A stretch of 64,000 nt of DNA from Candidatus Sericytochromatia bacterium (lineage in GTDB: Bacteria > Cyanobacteriota > Sericytochromatia > S15B-MN24 > UBA4093): assembly GCA_036676495.1 (NCBI GenBank), contig JAKFCT010000027.1:22680-86679 (forward strand). The letters are read 5' to 3'. Position 1 is the first letter of the stretch. Each line of letters opens with the position of its first letter. The notes under the pieces were generated by a model that saw nothing but the letters and a program-made list of their open reading frames with translations, was not told where the DNA came from and ran no database searches. The position numbers and the translations under genes were made by a program. This document shows, piece by piece, positions 55,764 to 64,000 of the stretch.

Positions 55764-57329
55764 ATGTTCAAACACCGCTCGACCCCCCTCCGTGCGCTGG
55801 CCCTCGCGACCGCCTGCCTCACCGCCGCCTGCACGGCACCATTCACCCCCCAGGACACCCGCTCCCTCAAGGTGCAGGTGACTGAAGGAACCTCGATCCG
55901 CCTCCAGGCCCTGGACCTGGCCTCCGGCCCCGTGAGCCTGGATCTCGAGGCCTCGGAAGCCATCCTGGCCCTCACCAACCCCACGCCCGAGACCCTCACC
56001 GTGCAGGCGGCCTTCGAGGGCACCGAGCGCCCCGAGGCGCAACGCCACGTCGCCTCGCTGGGAGGCCCGCCGCTCGCCGAGTGCGGCATCCGGCCCTACC
56101 GCCCCTTCGCAAGCCTCGCGCCCCGCGCCCCGCGCCTCCCCATCCGCGGCATGGAGGCCCCCGCTCCGTCCCGCGCCCTGGAAGCGACCATGTCCTTCAT
56201 CCTGGGAGGCAACGAGTCGGACACCTCCATCCCGGTCCCCCAGGCGACCCTCCGCTACCCGGGCACGCATTGCGCCATCTACGTGGACGATCGCGACGCC
56301 GAAGCCCTCACCCCGGAAGACGCCGAAGCCCTGGGCCGGATCTTCGACGCCCAAAGCTACGACCGCCTCGTCGCGGCCTTCGGCGCCGAGCCCCCGAACC
56401 CCGGCGACGGGTTCAACTTCGGCCAGGACAAGACGATCTTCCTCTTCACCGAGGCCCTCGCGGAATCGACGCCCGGTTCGGCCGGCATGGTCGACATGGT
56501 CGACTTCCACCGCCCCGAGGTCACCGCGCAGGCGGGGCTTGAGACCAATTACGCCAAGATGGTCTACATGCTGCCGAGCGCCATGGGCCCGATGACGCCG
56601 GGGACGATGGCCCACGAGTTCGTCCACGTGCTCTTCGCCTTGAAGCGGCTGACGACCTACGCCGACGTTCACGCGGGAGGCGGCGGCTTCGGATGGAACC
56701 CCGCCTACTACCTGGATGACACGACCTACTTCGCGGAGCTGGGCATGAACGAAGGCCTCGCCGAGCTCGGCAAGTTCATCGCCGGCTACGCACCCGACGA
56801 CCTGGGCATCGCCGTGGAGCGGATCGGTTACTTTCTAGGCAACCCCCAGCTTTTCGACCTGTTGAACTTCCATGGGGCCGCAGGCGCCAACTACGGGGGC
56901 ATGTCGCTGTTTAACAGCTACCTCTACGGCCTGGATCCGACCTTTCCGCAGCGCTTCCTGACGGCGGAAGCGACGGGTTCGGAGGCGATCGCCGAGGCGA
57001 TGGGCAAGGACTTCCCCGGCCTGTACCGGGACTTCACCCTCGCCATGGCCCTGGACGGCATGTCCCCGCTGGTGCCTTCCCGCTACCAGATCCCCATGGT
57101 CGACCTTCACAAGACCTACGCCGTGGGAGCCGGCCTCCAGCCGCTACGGGGCGCCAACGACAGCAGCGCCCCGCTGGTGCTCAACGCCCCCCGGCCCCAC
57201 GGCGTGCGCTTCACCCGGGTCCGCTTCCCGAGCGGCAAGGGCAAGCTCACCCTCAGCGGGGATCCCCGCCTGAAGGCGTCGCTGATCGTGCTGAAGGAGG
57301 GCAATCCCCCCGGCTTCCAGGGGGACTAG
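55764..57329 (+). CDS. Lipoprotein zinc metallopeptidase (gluzincin, M30/hyicolysin-like)
   Basis: TAA-C lipobox-like; TMAHEFVH and NEGLAE. Confidence 0.8.
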   Translation: MFKHRSTPLRALALATACLTAACTAPFTPQDTRSLKVQVTEGTSIRLQALDLASGPVSLDLEASEAILALTNPTPETLTVQAAFEGTERPEAQRHVASLGGPPLAECGIRPYRPFASLAPRAPRLPIRGMEAPAPSRALEATMSFILGGNESDTSIPVPQATLRYPGTHCAIYVDDRDAEALTPEDAEALGRIFDAQSYDRLVAAFGAEPPNPGDGFNFGQDKTIFLFTEALAESTPGSAGMVDMVDFHRPEVTAQAGLETNYAKMVYMLPSAMGPMTPGTMAHEFVHVLFALKRLTTYADVHAGGGGFGWNPAYYLDDTTYFAELGMNEGLAELGKFIAGYAPDDLGIAVERIGYFLGNPQLFDLLNFHGAAGANYGGMSLFNSYLYGLDPTFPQRFLTAEATGSEAIAEAMGKDFPGLYRDFTLAMALDGMSPLVPSRYQIPMVDLHKTYAVGAGLQPLRGANDSSAPLVLNAPRPHGVRFTRVRFPSGKGKLTLSGDPRLKASLIVLKEGNPPGFQGD

Positions 57330-57388
57330 CGCCCGCGGCTGTTGCGTAAGGCAGCGAAGCTGACCTGAAGCAACGTTTTTCGCTCTAG
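57326..57388 (+). mobile_element. Putative 63-bp MITE-like element flanked by CTAG
   Basis: CTAG-CGCCCGCGGCTGTTGC...GCAACGTTTTTCGCT-CTAG; related copies at 25614 and 41898. Confidence 0.55.
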
Positions 57389-57404
57389 GAAGACGTCACG
57401 GGAC

Positions 57405-57941
57405 TCAGAAGCGCGCCTGGATCATGGCCGCGAGCGAGCCGATGGGATCGGCCTCGCGCCGGGTCTTCAGGGAGTCGACGCCGGGAGCGTCGACTCCCGC
57501 GAGCAATTGCTGCAGCTCCCCGAGAATGCGCCGCCGCTCCCAGTAGTTCCGGGAGGCCAGGGCGCGGAGATCGCGGAGATCCCCCCAGCCCGCAAGCTGG
57601 TTGAGCAGCTGGACGGTGCGCTCCATGAGGCTGACGAGCGCGCCGAGGTCTCCGATCCAGACGCCTGCGAGCGCGCCTTCCGCCGAGGCGATCAGGCCCA
57701 TGACCTTCCCGCGCAACTCGGGAGGCACCATGGCGAGCAGGCCGCGAAGCTTGGCGATCAGCGCGCGGAGCTTGCTGGACATGGCCGGGGAGATCCGGCC
57801 GGGTTCGTCCTCGTCGAGCGGATCCACCGGCGATGAGCCCCCAGAGGCGCCCAACGGTCGCGTCCCCAGGGGACGCGTCCCGAGGGGGCGCGTGCCGATT
57901 GCGTCGCGGCGCGACGTGACGGTCAGATCCGGGGGGGCCAT
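57405..57941 (-). CDS. Hypothetical helical protein with GTRPL x3 repeat
   Basis: AGGAGGAG SD; disordered N-terminus; Leu-rich helices. Confidence 0.65.
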   Translation of the reverse strand: MAPPDLTVTSRRDAIGTRPLGTRPLGTRPLGASGGSSPVDPLDEDEPGRISPAMSSKLRALIAKLRGLLAMVPPELRGKVMGLIASAEGALAGVWIGDLGALVSLMERTVQLLNQLAGWGDLRDLRALASRNYWERRRILGELQQLLAGVDAPGVDSLKTRREADPIGSLAAMIQARF

Positions 57942-58047
57942 GGCTCCTCCTGTTCAAGCTTCTCCCCTATCTTATCGCGCCGGCGGCGGAGGAAGTTGCG
58001 TGACGGAGGTTACGTTCCCGCGAGCGCCCGGCGGGTACACTGGAAGA

Positions 58048-58632
58048 ATGCGCCGCCTTTTGCTTCTGGGCCTGGTCCTCATGTTCCTAACGGGGTGTAT
58101 GCCGCGGCTCGCCTCGTATGGGGAGGCTCCGCCCGGAGATCCGGTGCGCGATCCCGCACCCTCGGCCTCCCAGCTCGAGCGCGATCGCCTTCTCTCCTAC
58201 ATCAAGAGGCGCAATCCCTGGATCCAGCCGGATGCCGCCGACCGGATCGCCGATGGGATCCTGCGCTGGAGCGGCCAGCTGAGCCTGGACGCCCGCCTGG
58301 TGGCGGCCCTGATCGCCACCGAGAGCTCCTTCAACCCGAAGGCCACCTCGAAGGTCGGAGCCATGGGCCTGGGGCAGCTGATGCCCGGCACCGCCAAGGA
58401 TCTGGGCGTCAGCGACGCCTACGACATCGACCAGAACCTGAAGGGCACCGCCAACTACCTGTCATGGCTGCTGCGCAACTGGCAGACGCATCCTCAGGGG
58501 CGTGACTACGCCCTGGCCTCCTACAACTGGGGGATTGGCCACATGAAGCGCCAGGCGGCCGCCGGCGAATCCCTCACCTCCGCCCAGCTGGGCTACGTCC
58601 GGAAGATCCTGACCCACTACGAAAACCTCTGA
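58048..58632 (+). CDS. Lytic transglycosylase (SLT domain) lipoprotein
   Basis: LTG-C; IATESSFNP, GAMGLGQLMP, ALASYNWG, YVRKI; TACACT 6 nt before the ATG. Confidence 0.92.
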   Translation: MRRLLLLGLVLMFLTGCMPRLASYGEAPPGDPVRDPAPSASQLERDRLLSYIKRRNPWIQPDAADRIADGILRWSGQLSLDARLVAALIATESSFNPKATSKVGAMGLGQLMPGTAKDLGVSDAYDIDQNLKGTANYLSWLLRNWQTHPQGRDYALASYNWGIGHMKRQAAAGESLTSAQLGYVRKILTHYENL

Positions 58633-58851
58633 GTCGCCGTCCGCGGCCGCCCCCTCCTCCGGCGGGGGTGACGATCGGCGATCTTTGGCGCGCCCGATTG
58701 GTGCAATCGGCTTACCCTTCACCTACCATAGCCCTGTCAAGCCCGGGACTGGGCGAAAACGCCCCTCCCGCGCTCGCAGCTCGCGTTGGAGCCTTTCCGG
58801 CGCCCACGGCGCGTTGATTCGCCCCATGAGCCCGGAGGGAGAGGAGGGGAT

Positions 58852-59415
58852 ATGGGCGTGCGTCATGCGCTAGGGGTCGGAGTTCTGGCTTTCGCGTTGA
58901 TCGGGAGCCCGGCCCTCTCCCAGGTGGGCCAGAGCGTGCAGACCTTCGAGAAGAACGCCATGCTGAAGAAGGGAGTGATCGCCTACGTCGAGCCCTTCGA
59001 GCTCAAGGACGGGACCAAGGGCAAGACCTACCGCGCGACCGACACCTACTTCCATGCCTGCCAGATCATGGTGATCACCAAGGGCAACACGATCGAGGCC
59101 GAGATCTTCGCCATGCCCCTGATCGACTCCGAGGAGATCATGCAGGCCGAGAAGCTGCTGCTCGACATGTTCCTGAGCCAGTCGGGAATGACGGCGGCCG
59201 CGCAGGACAAGGCCCGCCAGCAGTTCATCGAATCGATCGAGCGGGATCAGCTGACCCGCAAGCATGGCAGCCACTACGTGCAGACGACCATGATCGCGGC
59301 GGAGGTGCCGTTGCTGGTGATGGCGATCGCCCGCGAGTCCAGCAAGCTGCCCTTCAAGGACGCCAAGCCCCCCAAGACCCATGGCCCGTCCGCTCCGATG
59401 ACGACGCCGATCTGA
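58852..59415 (+). CDS. Exported hypothetical protein
   Basis: AGGAGG SD; Sec signal (ALS-Q); typical codon bias. Confidence 0.75.
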   Translation: MGVRHALGVGVLAFALIGSPALSQVGQSVQTFEKNAMLKKGVIAYVEPFELKDGTKGKTYRATDTYFHACQIMVITKGNTIEAEIFAMPLIDSEEIMQAEKLLLDMFLSQSGMTAAAQDKARQQFIESIERDQLTRKHGSHYVQTTMIAAEVPLLVMAIARESSKLPFKDAKPPKTHGPSAPMTTPI

Positions 59416-59434
59416 CCATGCCCGGCCCGGCGCC

Positions 59435-59857
59435 TCACTCCGGAGCCATGTCATGGCCCCGGGCCTCCACCGTCTGCGCGATGATCCGCAAGAGGTGATC
59501 GAGCTTGCCGGGCACCTCCACGAAGGCCACGTAGTCCAGCCCCGGCGGCAGCTCGGATTCCGTCACGGCCATCGCCGTGAGGATCAGCGGGTAGGCGCGC
59601 GTCTCCGGGTGCTCCTGGATGGCGCTCAGGGCGCGCGCGCCGTCGACCTCCGTGTAGAAGTCATGCAAGGGAACGCCCAGGGCCTCGGTCTTGCGCACGA
59701 GGTTCACGAGGATCACGTCCGGGTCGAAGTCCGTGACGCGCTGGAGATCGAAGGGAACGATCAAGGGCTGAACCTCGTGCCCGCCCTTCTTTTGCAGCAG
59801 CAAGGCGAGCATCTCGGAATAGACCAGGTAATCGTTGATGCAGAGCACGCGCGCCAT
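59435..59857 (-). CDS. Atypical single-domain receiver (pseudo-receiver)
   Basis: RVLCIND, PDVILVN, DG..AL..I..HPET..YPLILT; GAGGAGG SD; extended -10 TGCTACTCT at 59897-59905. Confidence 0.75.
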   Translation of the reverse strand: MARVLCINDYLVYSEMLALLLQKKGGHEVQPLIVPFDLQRVTDFDPDVILVNLVRKTEALGVPLHDFYTEVDGARALSAIQEHPETRAYPLILTAMAVTESELPPGLDYVAFVEVPGKLDHLLRIIAQTVEARGHDMAPE

Positions 59858-59954
59858 GTCGCCTCCTCGCGTCGTTCCGGAACCGACCCGGAAGCCAGAG
59901 TAGCACCCGTGCCGCCGCGTTGAAAGCGTGGAGCGGCCGTTACCCGGCCGCTCC

Positions 59955-61193
59955 TCAGTTCGTGATCGAATTCTCGTTCTCGGAAAAATAGCCGGCCAGC
60001 TTGGTGAAGTTCCCCTCCAAGAGCAGCGTCGGGGAGACGAAGCCATGGGTCACCTGGCCCTGCTTCTCGGCCTCTCCGAGGAGAATCCGGAGCTGGGTGG
60101 AGAACGTGTACTTCTTGCCCATGTCCTTGACGAGCTTGGCCGCATCCCAGGTGGCGGAGAGTTTCTGGCCGCTGTTCCACTTGGCGATGACCTGGCCCGC
60201 CCGCAACTCGTCGATCCCGTGCTCCTTGAGGAGGTCCTTGATGCGGGTGATCGTGGCGTTGCGCGCCGGATCTTCGTACAACTCCAAGGTCGGCTTTCCA
60301 CCCCGGCTCACCGCTTGCGGGTTCTGGTTGTAGGCCGCATAGACCAACTCCGAGCAATAGTACGTGTCATTGAGGGTCGAGAAGGCGAAGTCGTAGGGCT
60401 TTCCGACCTGCTCCCGAGCAAACTGGATGGCCTCGGCGATCCGCTGCGGGTCGTCGGTCGGGCGAACGATGGCGAAGGTGGGCTTCCCTCCCACGGCGAG
60501 ATCGGTGTCCGAGATGAACTGGGTAAAGGTGCTCTCGCGGGTCAGGCCCCGGGAGCCGGGGCTGCCCGTCATGCCGACCGCTTCGACGAACTTGGGGGGC
60601 GGCCCTTTCTCGACGCAGAGCGCCACGTGCGTCCAAGCGCCGTTCGTGGCATCCGCCACCAGCCCCGTTCCCTTGGCGAAGACCAGATCACCCGGCTGCA
60701 CCGCCGCCATGAGCTGGTTGACGTAGCCGAAGCGCGTCGAGAGCTCCGCGGCGCGGGACTCGTAGGCGAACTGCCCGAAGGTGACGTTTTTGCCGGTAAT
60801 GCCCGACGGGGCATAGTCCTGGGTGTGAGAAAACCGATCGGAGATGGCCCGATCCAGCTCGTTGGCTCCCATTTCCCCGGGGTTTCCTGCCATGGCCTGC
60901 TTGTAGATGGCCCGCCAGTAGATTTCTTCTTGCTTCTGGGCGTCGGTCGTCATCTTTGCAGGGTCAAGGCCATGCGACCGCGCGAACTCATCCCAGGTAA
61001 TCCCCCCGTTGCCGTCGAGATCCCGCGCGAGGGGTCCCCGGACCTGGGCGCTGACGAACTCCGCTTCGGTCAGGCCGCCGCTGCGATCGCGATCCATGGC
61101 GGCGACCTCGGCCTGAAAATTCAGCTGGCGATTGCGTTCCCGCTCTTGCTTGGGAGTCGATTGAGGGCGGGGCAGGTTGGAGTCTATCGACAT
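59955..61193 (-). CDS. EF-hand + permuted papain-like (YiiX/YebB-type NlpC/P60) enzyme
   Basis: DRDRSGGLTEAE and DLDGNGGITWDE; QPGDLVF, WTHVAL, GKPYDF, YYCSELVYAAY, VSP..L. Confidence 0.85.
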   Translation of the reverse strand: MSIDSNLPRPQSTPKQERERNRQLNFQAEVAAMDRDRSGGLTEAEFVSAQVRGPLARDLDGNGGITWDEFARSHGLDPAKMTTDAQKQEEIYWRAIYKQAMAGNPGEMGANELDRAISDRFSHTQDYAPSGITGKNVTFGQFAYESRAAELSTRFGYVNQLMAAVQPGDLVFAKGTGLVADATNGAWTHVALCVEKGPPPKFVEAVGMTGSPGSRGLTRESTFTQFISDTDLAVGGKPTFAIVRPTDDPQRIAEAIQFAREQVGKPYDFAFSTLNDTYYCSELVYAAYNQNPQAVSRGGKPTLELYEDPARNATITRIKDLLKEHGIDELRAGQVIAKWNSGQKLSATWDAAKLVKDMGKKYTFSTQLRILLGEAEKQGQVTHGFVSPTLLLEGNFTKLAGYFSENENSITN

Positions 61194-61328
61194 GCGGAGG
61201 ACCTCCTTGGGGGGCAGTCCTTTAATTATCCCCCGTAGTCAGGTCAATCTTTCGCGACCCCGTATTAGGAACGCATCAAATCTCAATTATCACGAGCGTT
61301 CGCCTCCGGGACCGGATGGCCGAACCGC

Positions 61329-62105
61329 TCAGTCCCTCACGACCATGTGCCAGAACCAGTAGCCCCCCCCGAGCGCGAGCAAGGCCCCCGCCGGGATGAA
61401 AAGGGCGGCGTTGGCGAGCCAGAACGCCTCTCCCAGCCAATTGGCCTGGATGAGGGCCAGCAGGTTGTTGGTGCCGTGCGCGAGGATCGGAAGCCAAAGG
61501 GAGGCCGTGGCGAAGCGCAGCCAGCTTAGCCAGACTCCAAGCAAGAGGTAGGTGGGAAGGCCGGCAGGCTCCAGGTGGAACGCCGCGAAAAGGACGGCCG
61601 TCATCACGATGGCCGCCCAGGGCTTCAAGCGCTCTTGAAGGGTGGACTGGACGTAGCCCCGGAAGAGGGCTTCCTCGCAGGTCGCGGCGGCCAGCACCAC
61701 TCCCGCGGTGAGGAGGAGACCTTCGAACGGGGTCCGGATGGCGAGGACCTCGAGCAAGGCGGCGGGATAGGGAAGGCCGAAAGCCTTCTGGTAGACGTCC
61801 TGGAGGTAGGTCAGCAGGACCGAGAGGCCGAGGGTGGCGCCGAAGACGGCGACGCCGGCAGCGAACGGCACGCGCTTGGTGGGAAAGGTCGCCTCCGGAT
61901 CGACCTTCAAGAGCTGGGCCAGCGCCAACGCGGGAAAGAGGATGCCCAGGACCTCGACCAGGAGGAAAGAGGCCTTGTCGGAGAGGGCGCGGGGCAGGCC
62001 CAAGGCCGTCGACCAGTGGAACCAGCCGACGCTGGCCATCGCCGAGAAGATCAGGACCAGGGGGAGGAGGGCGGCGATGGACCAGAGGGGCGGGGTTGCG
62101 CGCAT
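61329..62105 (-). CDS. CPBP/CAAX (Abi) intramembrane protease
   Basis: EEALFRG, FAAFH, AHGTNN. Confidence 0.9.
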   Translation of the reverse strand: MRATPPLWSIAALLPLVLIFSAMASVGWFHWSTALGLPRALSDKASFLLVEVLGILFPALALAQLLKVDPEATFPTKRVPFAAGVAVFGATLGLSVLLTYLQDVYQKAFGLPYPAALLEVLAIRTPFEGLLLTAGVVLAAATCEEALFRGYVQSTLQERLKPWAAIVMTAVLFAAFHLEPAGLPTYLLLGVWLSWLRFATASLWLPILAHGTNNLLALIQANWLGEAFWLANAALFIPAGALLALGGGYWFWHMVVRD

Positions 62106-62120
62106 CAGGCGGACGAGAGC

Positions 62121-63098
62121 TTAGATCACGAGCCGGCGGAGGCGGGCGCTGAGGTAGTCCACGAGCATGACGAGCACGATCAGGACGATCACGGACATGG
62201 CGGCCTGGGGGTACTGGAACATGCGGAAGTCCGAGTTCATGATCAGGCCGATGCCTCCGGCTCCGATCAGGCCGAGCACGGTGGCGGCCCGGATGTTGGT
62301 CTCGAAGCGGTAGAGCACGAAGGAGATGAAGTCGGGGATGACCTGGGGCACGACCGCGAAGCTGACGACCTGGGGGTAGCGCGCGCCGGTGGCGGTGACG
62401 GCCTCGACGACGCCGGGGTCGATGTTCTCGATGGCCTCGCTGAAGAGCTTCACCAGGACGGTGGTGGTGTGGAAGGCCAGGGCGAGCGTCCCGGCGAAGG
62501 GCCCGAGTCCGATGGCGGCGATCAGGATCAGGCCGGCGGCGAAGTCGGGGATGGTGCGCAGGAAGTTCACCGTGAGCTTGATGGCGTGGTAGAGGATCGG
62601 GCTCGGGCTGGTGTTCCGTGCGGCGAGGAAGCCCAGCGGGAAGGCGATCAGGGTGGCGATGAAGGTGCCGGCGACCGCCATCTGGATGGTCTGGATGGTG
62701 GCGCCGAGGACGGTGTTGGGGAAGGTGTTGCGCCACCAGCGGTCCTTGACCTCGGAGAGCTCTCCTTCGAGGGGCAGGGGCAGCAGCAGCTCCTTCAGGC
62801 CGATTTCCTCGGGGATCGAGTAGCGCTCGGGGTCGGTGAGCGTGGAGACGTCCGGCGGGATGCTGCGCTGGAACATGTCGGCCATCTGGGGGGCGCCGTG
62901 GACCAGCTCCTTGAAGTCGAACTGCACTCCCGCGAAGGACCAGCCGAGGATGAGACCGAGCAGGAGGGCGATCGCCCAGCCCTTCCAGCCGTGACGCGGC
63001 GGGGCGGGAAGCACCTTCGGTTCGGTTGCCTGGACGGGGGGCTCGGGGGAAAGCGGCTTAGACGACGACACTGGCGCCTCGGGGGGTTGATGGAGCAT
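62121..63098 (-). CDS. phnE: Phosphonate ABC permease
   Basis: RTIPD, GLGPFAG, KLFSEAIE, YRFETNIRAATVLGLIGAGGIG. Confidence 0.93.
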   Translation of the reverse strand: MLHQPPEAPVSSSKPLSPEPPVQATEPKVLPAPPRHGWKGWAIALLLGLILGWSFAGVQFDFKELVHGAPQMADMFQRSIPPDVSTLTDPERYSIPEEIGLKELLLPLPLEGELSEVKDRWWRNTFPNTVLGATIQTIQMAVAGTFIATLIAFPLGFLAARNTSPSPILYHAIKLTVNFLRTIPDFAAGLILIAAIGLGPFAGTLALAFHTTTVLVKLFSEAIENIDPGVVEAVTATGARYPQVVSFAVVPQVIPDFISFVLYRFETNIRAATVLGLIGAGGIGLIMNSDFRMFQYPQAAMSVIVLIVLVMLVDYLSARLRRLVI

Positions 63099-63900
63099 GC
63101 TCGTATCCTTCTCGGAAATAGACTCTTTCGACTTCTTCGTCGCTGAGGGCTTCGGGCTTGCCGTCGAAGACGATCCGGCCGCCTTGGAAGCCGATGATCC
63201 GATCGCCATAGGTCTTGGCGAGGTCGAGGACGTGAAGGCTGACGAGCACCGTGATGCCGTCTTCCTCGGCCACCCGCTTGAGGGTGTCGAGGACCTGCAC
63301 GGAGAGCTTGGGATCCAGGGAGGCGACCGGCTCGTCGGCGAGGATCACCTTGGGGCGCTGCATCAGGGCGCGGGCGATCGCCACCCGCTGCTGCTGGCCT
63401 CCCGAAAGGGTGTCGGCACGCTGATAAGCCTGGTCGAGGAGGCCCACCCGGTCGAGGTTATGAAGGGCCCGCTCCCGCTCGGCGCGCGGGAAGGAGCGGA
63501 AGACGCTGGCCAGGACGTTGGCCTCTCCCAGCGTGCCCGAAAGGACGTTGTCGAGGACGCTCATGCGCTTGACGAGGTTGAACTGCTGGAAGATCATGCC
63601 GACCCGGCGGCGCCAGAGGCGCAGCTCGCGCGGGCTCGCCTTGGCCAGGTCGATTGGCTCGGCGGACGCTCCGCCGTGCGTCCCGGAAGCCTCCAGGACC
63701 GCCCGGGGAACCATGATGCGACCGCCGGTAGGCTCGATGAGGCGGTTGAGGCAGCGCAGGAAGGTGGACTTGCCGGCGCCCGACAGCCCGAGTATCGCGA
63801 CGAACTCGCCGGGGGCGAAGGAGACGCTGACGTCCTTCAAGATCAGGTCTCCGTCACCGTAGGCCTTGCGGAGTCCCTGAACGTCGATCATGAGGTCCAT
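63058..63900 (-). CDS. phnC: Phosphonate ABC ATPase
   Basis: [43 protein letters not shown]. Confidence 0.94.
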   Translation of the reverse strand: MDLMIDVQGLRKAYGDGDLILKDVSVSFAPGEFVAILGLSGAGKSTFLRCLNRLIEPTGGRIMVPRAVLEASGTHGGASAEPIDLAKASPRELRLWRRRVGMIFQQFNLVKRMSVLDNVLSGTLGEANVLASVFRSFPRAERERALHNLDRVGLLDQAYQRADTLSGGQQQRVAIARALMQRPKVILADEPVASLDPKLSVQVLDTLKRVAEEDGITVLVSLHVLDLAKTYGDRIIGFQGGRIVFDGKPEALSDEEVERVYFREGYEHAPSTPRGASVVV

Positions 63901-63913
63901 TCTGAGTCCTTGG

Positions 63914-64000
63914 TTAGGGCAGGCGATGTCCCACGCGGTTGAAGGCGTCCCGGATGGGCGCATACTCGGCGGGAGAGGTGGGGGCGAAGCCCTCGATGTG
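63914..64000 (-). CDS. phnD: 3' end of a phosphonate-binding protein (partial)
   Basis: Minus strand reads HIEGFAPTSPAEYAPIRDAFNRVGHRLP-stop, a PhnD-like C-terminus directly upstream of phnC. Confidence 0.65.
   Translation of the reverse strand, partial: HIEGFAPTSPAEYAPIRDAFNRVGHRLP

Noticed and set aside
58633-58851. Riboswitch or ncRNA in the hairpin-rich gap after the lytic transglycosylase
   Set aside because: Only short GC-rich hairpins; no family consensus recognised.

Overview
64 kb of chromosome from a high-GC diderm bacterium (DapL lysine pathway, chemotaxis, many lipoproteins). No rRNA, tRNA, CRISPR array, transposase or phage gene was recognised. Positions 1-24030 are a + strand Wzx/Wzy-type surface polysaccharide locus with visibly less GC-biased codon usage. 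It carries Wza, two separate halves of a YjbH/GfcD-like outer-membrane protein, a priming glycosyltransferase, a legionaminic-acid-type nonulosonate pathway with an added class III aminotransferase + omega-amidase + SDR cassette, a flippase, a KpsS-like transferase, a pyruvyl transferase, a polymerase, two GT4 enzymes and a chain-length regulator. Positions 24667-64000 are core-like: pfkB, an epimerase, metH and yitJ, nrnA, an OmpR regulator, trpG/pabA, moxR-DUF58-tgpA, cheW, mlaE-mlaE-mlaF-mlaD, patatin, miaA-dapF-dapL-fruK, a lytic transglycosylase, a CAAX protease and phnDCE, interspersed with orphan lipoproteins. Most notable: (1) a candidate new amino-nonulosonate tailoring pathway; (2) the split, order-swapped yjbH; (3) dRS3-like palindromes translated inside MetH and a CTAG-flanked miniature element family; (4) a metallopeptidase paired with a catalytically dead paralog; (5) a prion-like repeat lipoprotein; (6) three signal-less orphan genes sharing a sigma28-like promoter. 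All calls come from motifs read by eye; no database search was run.
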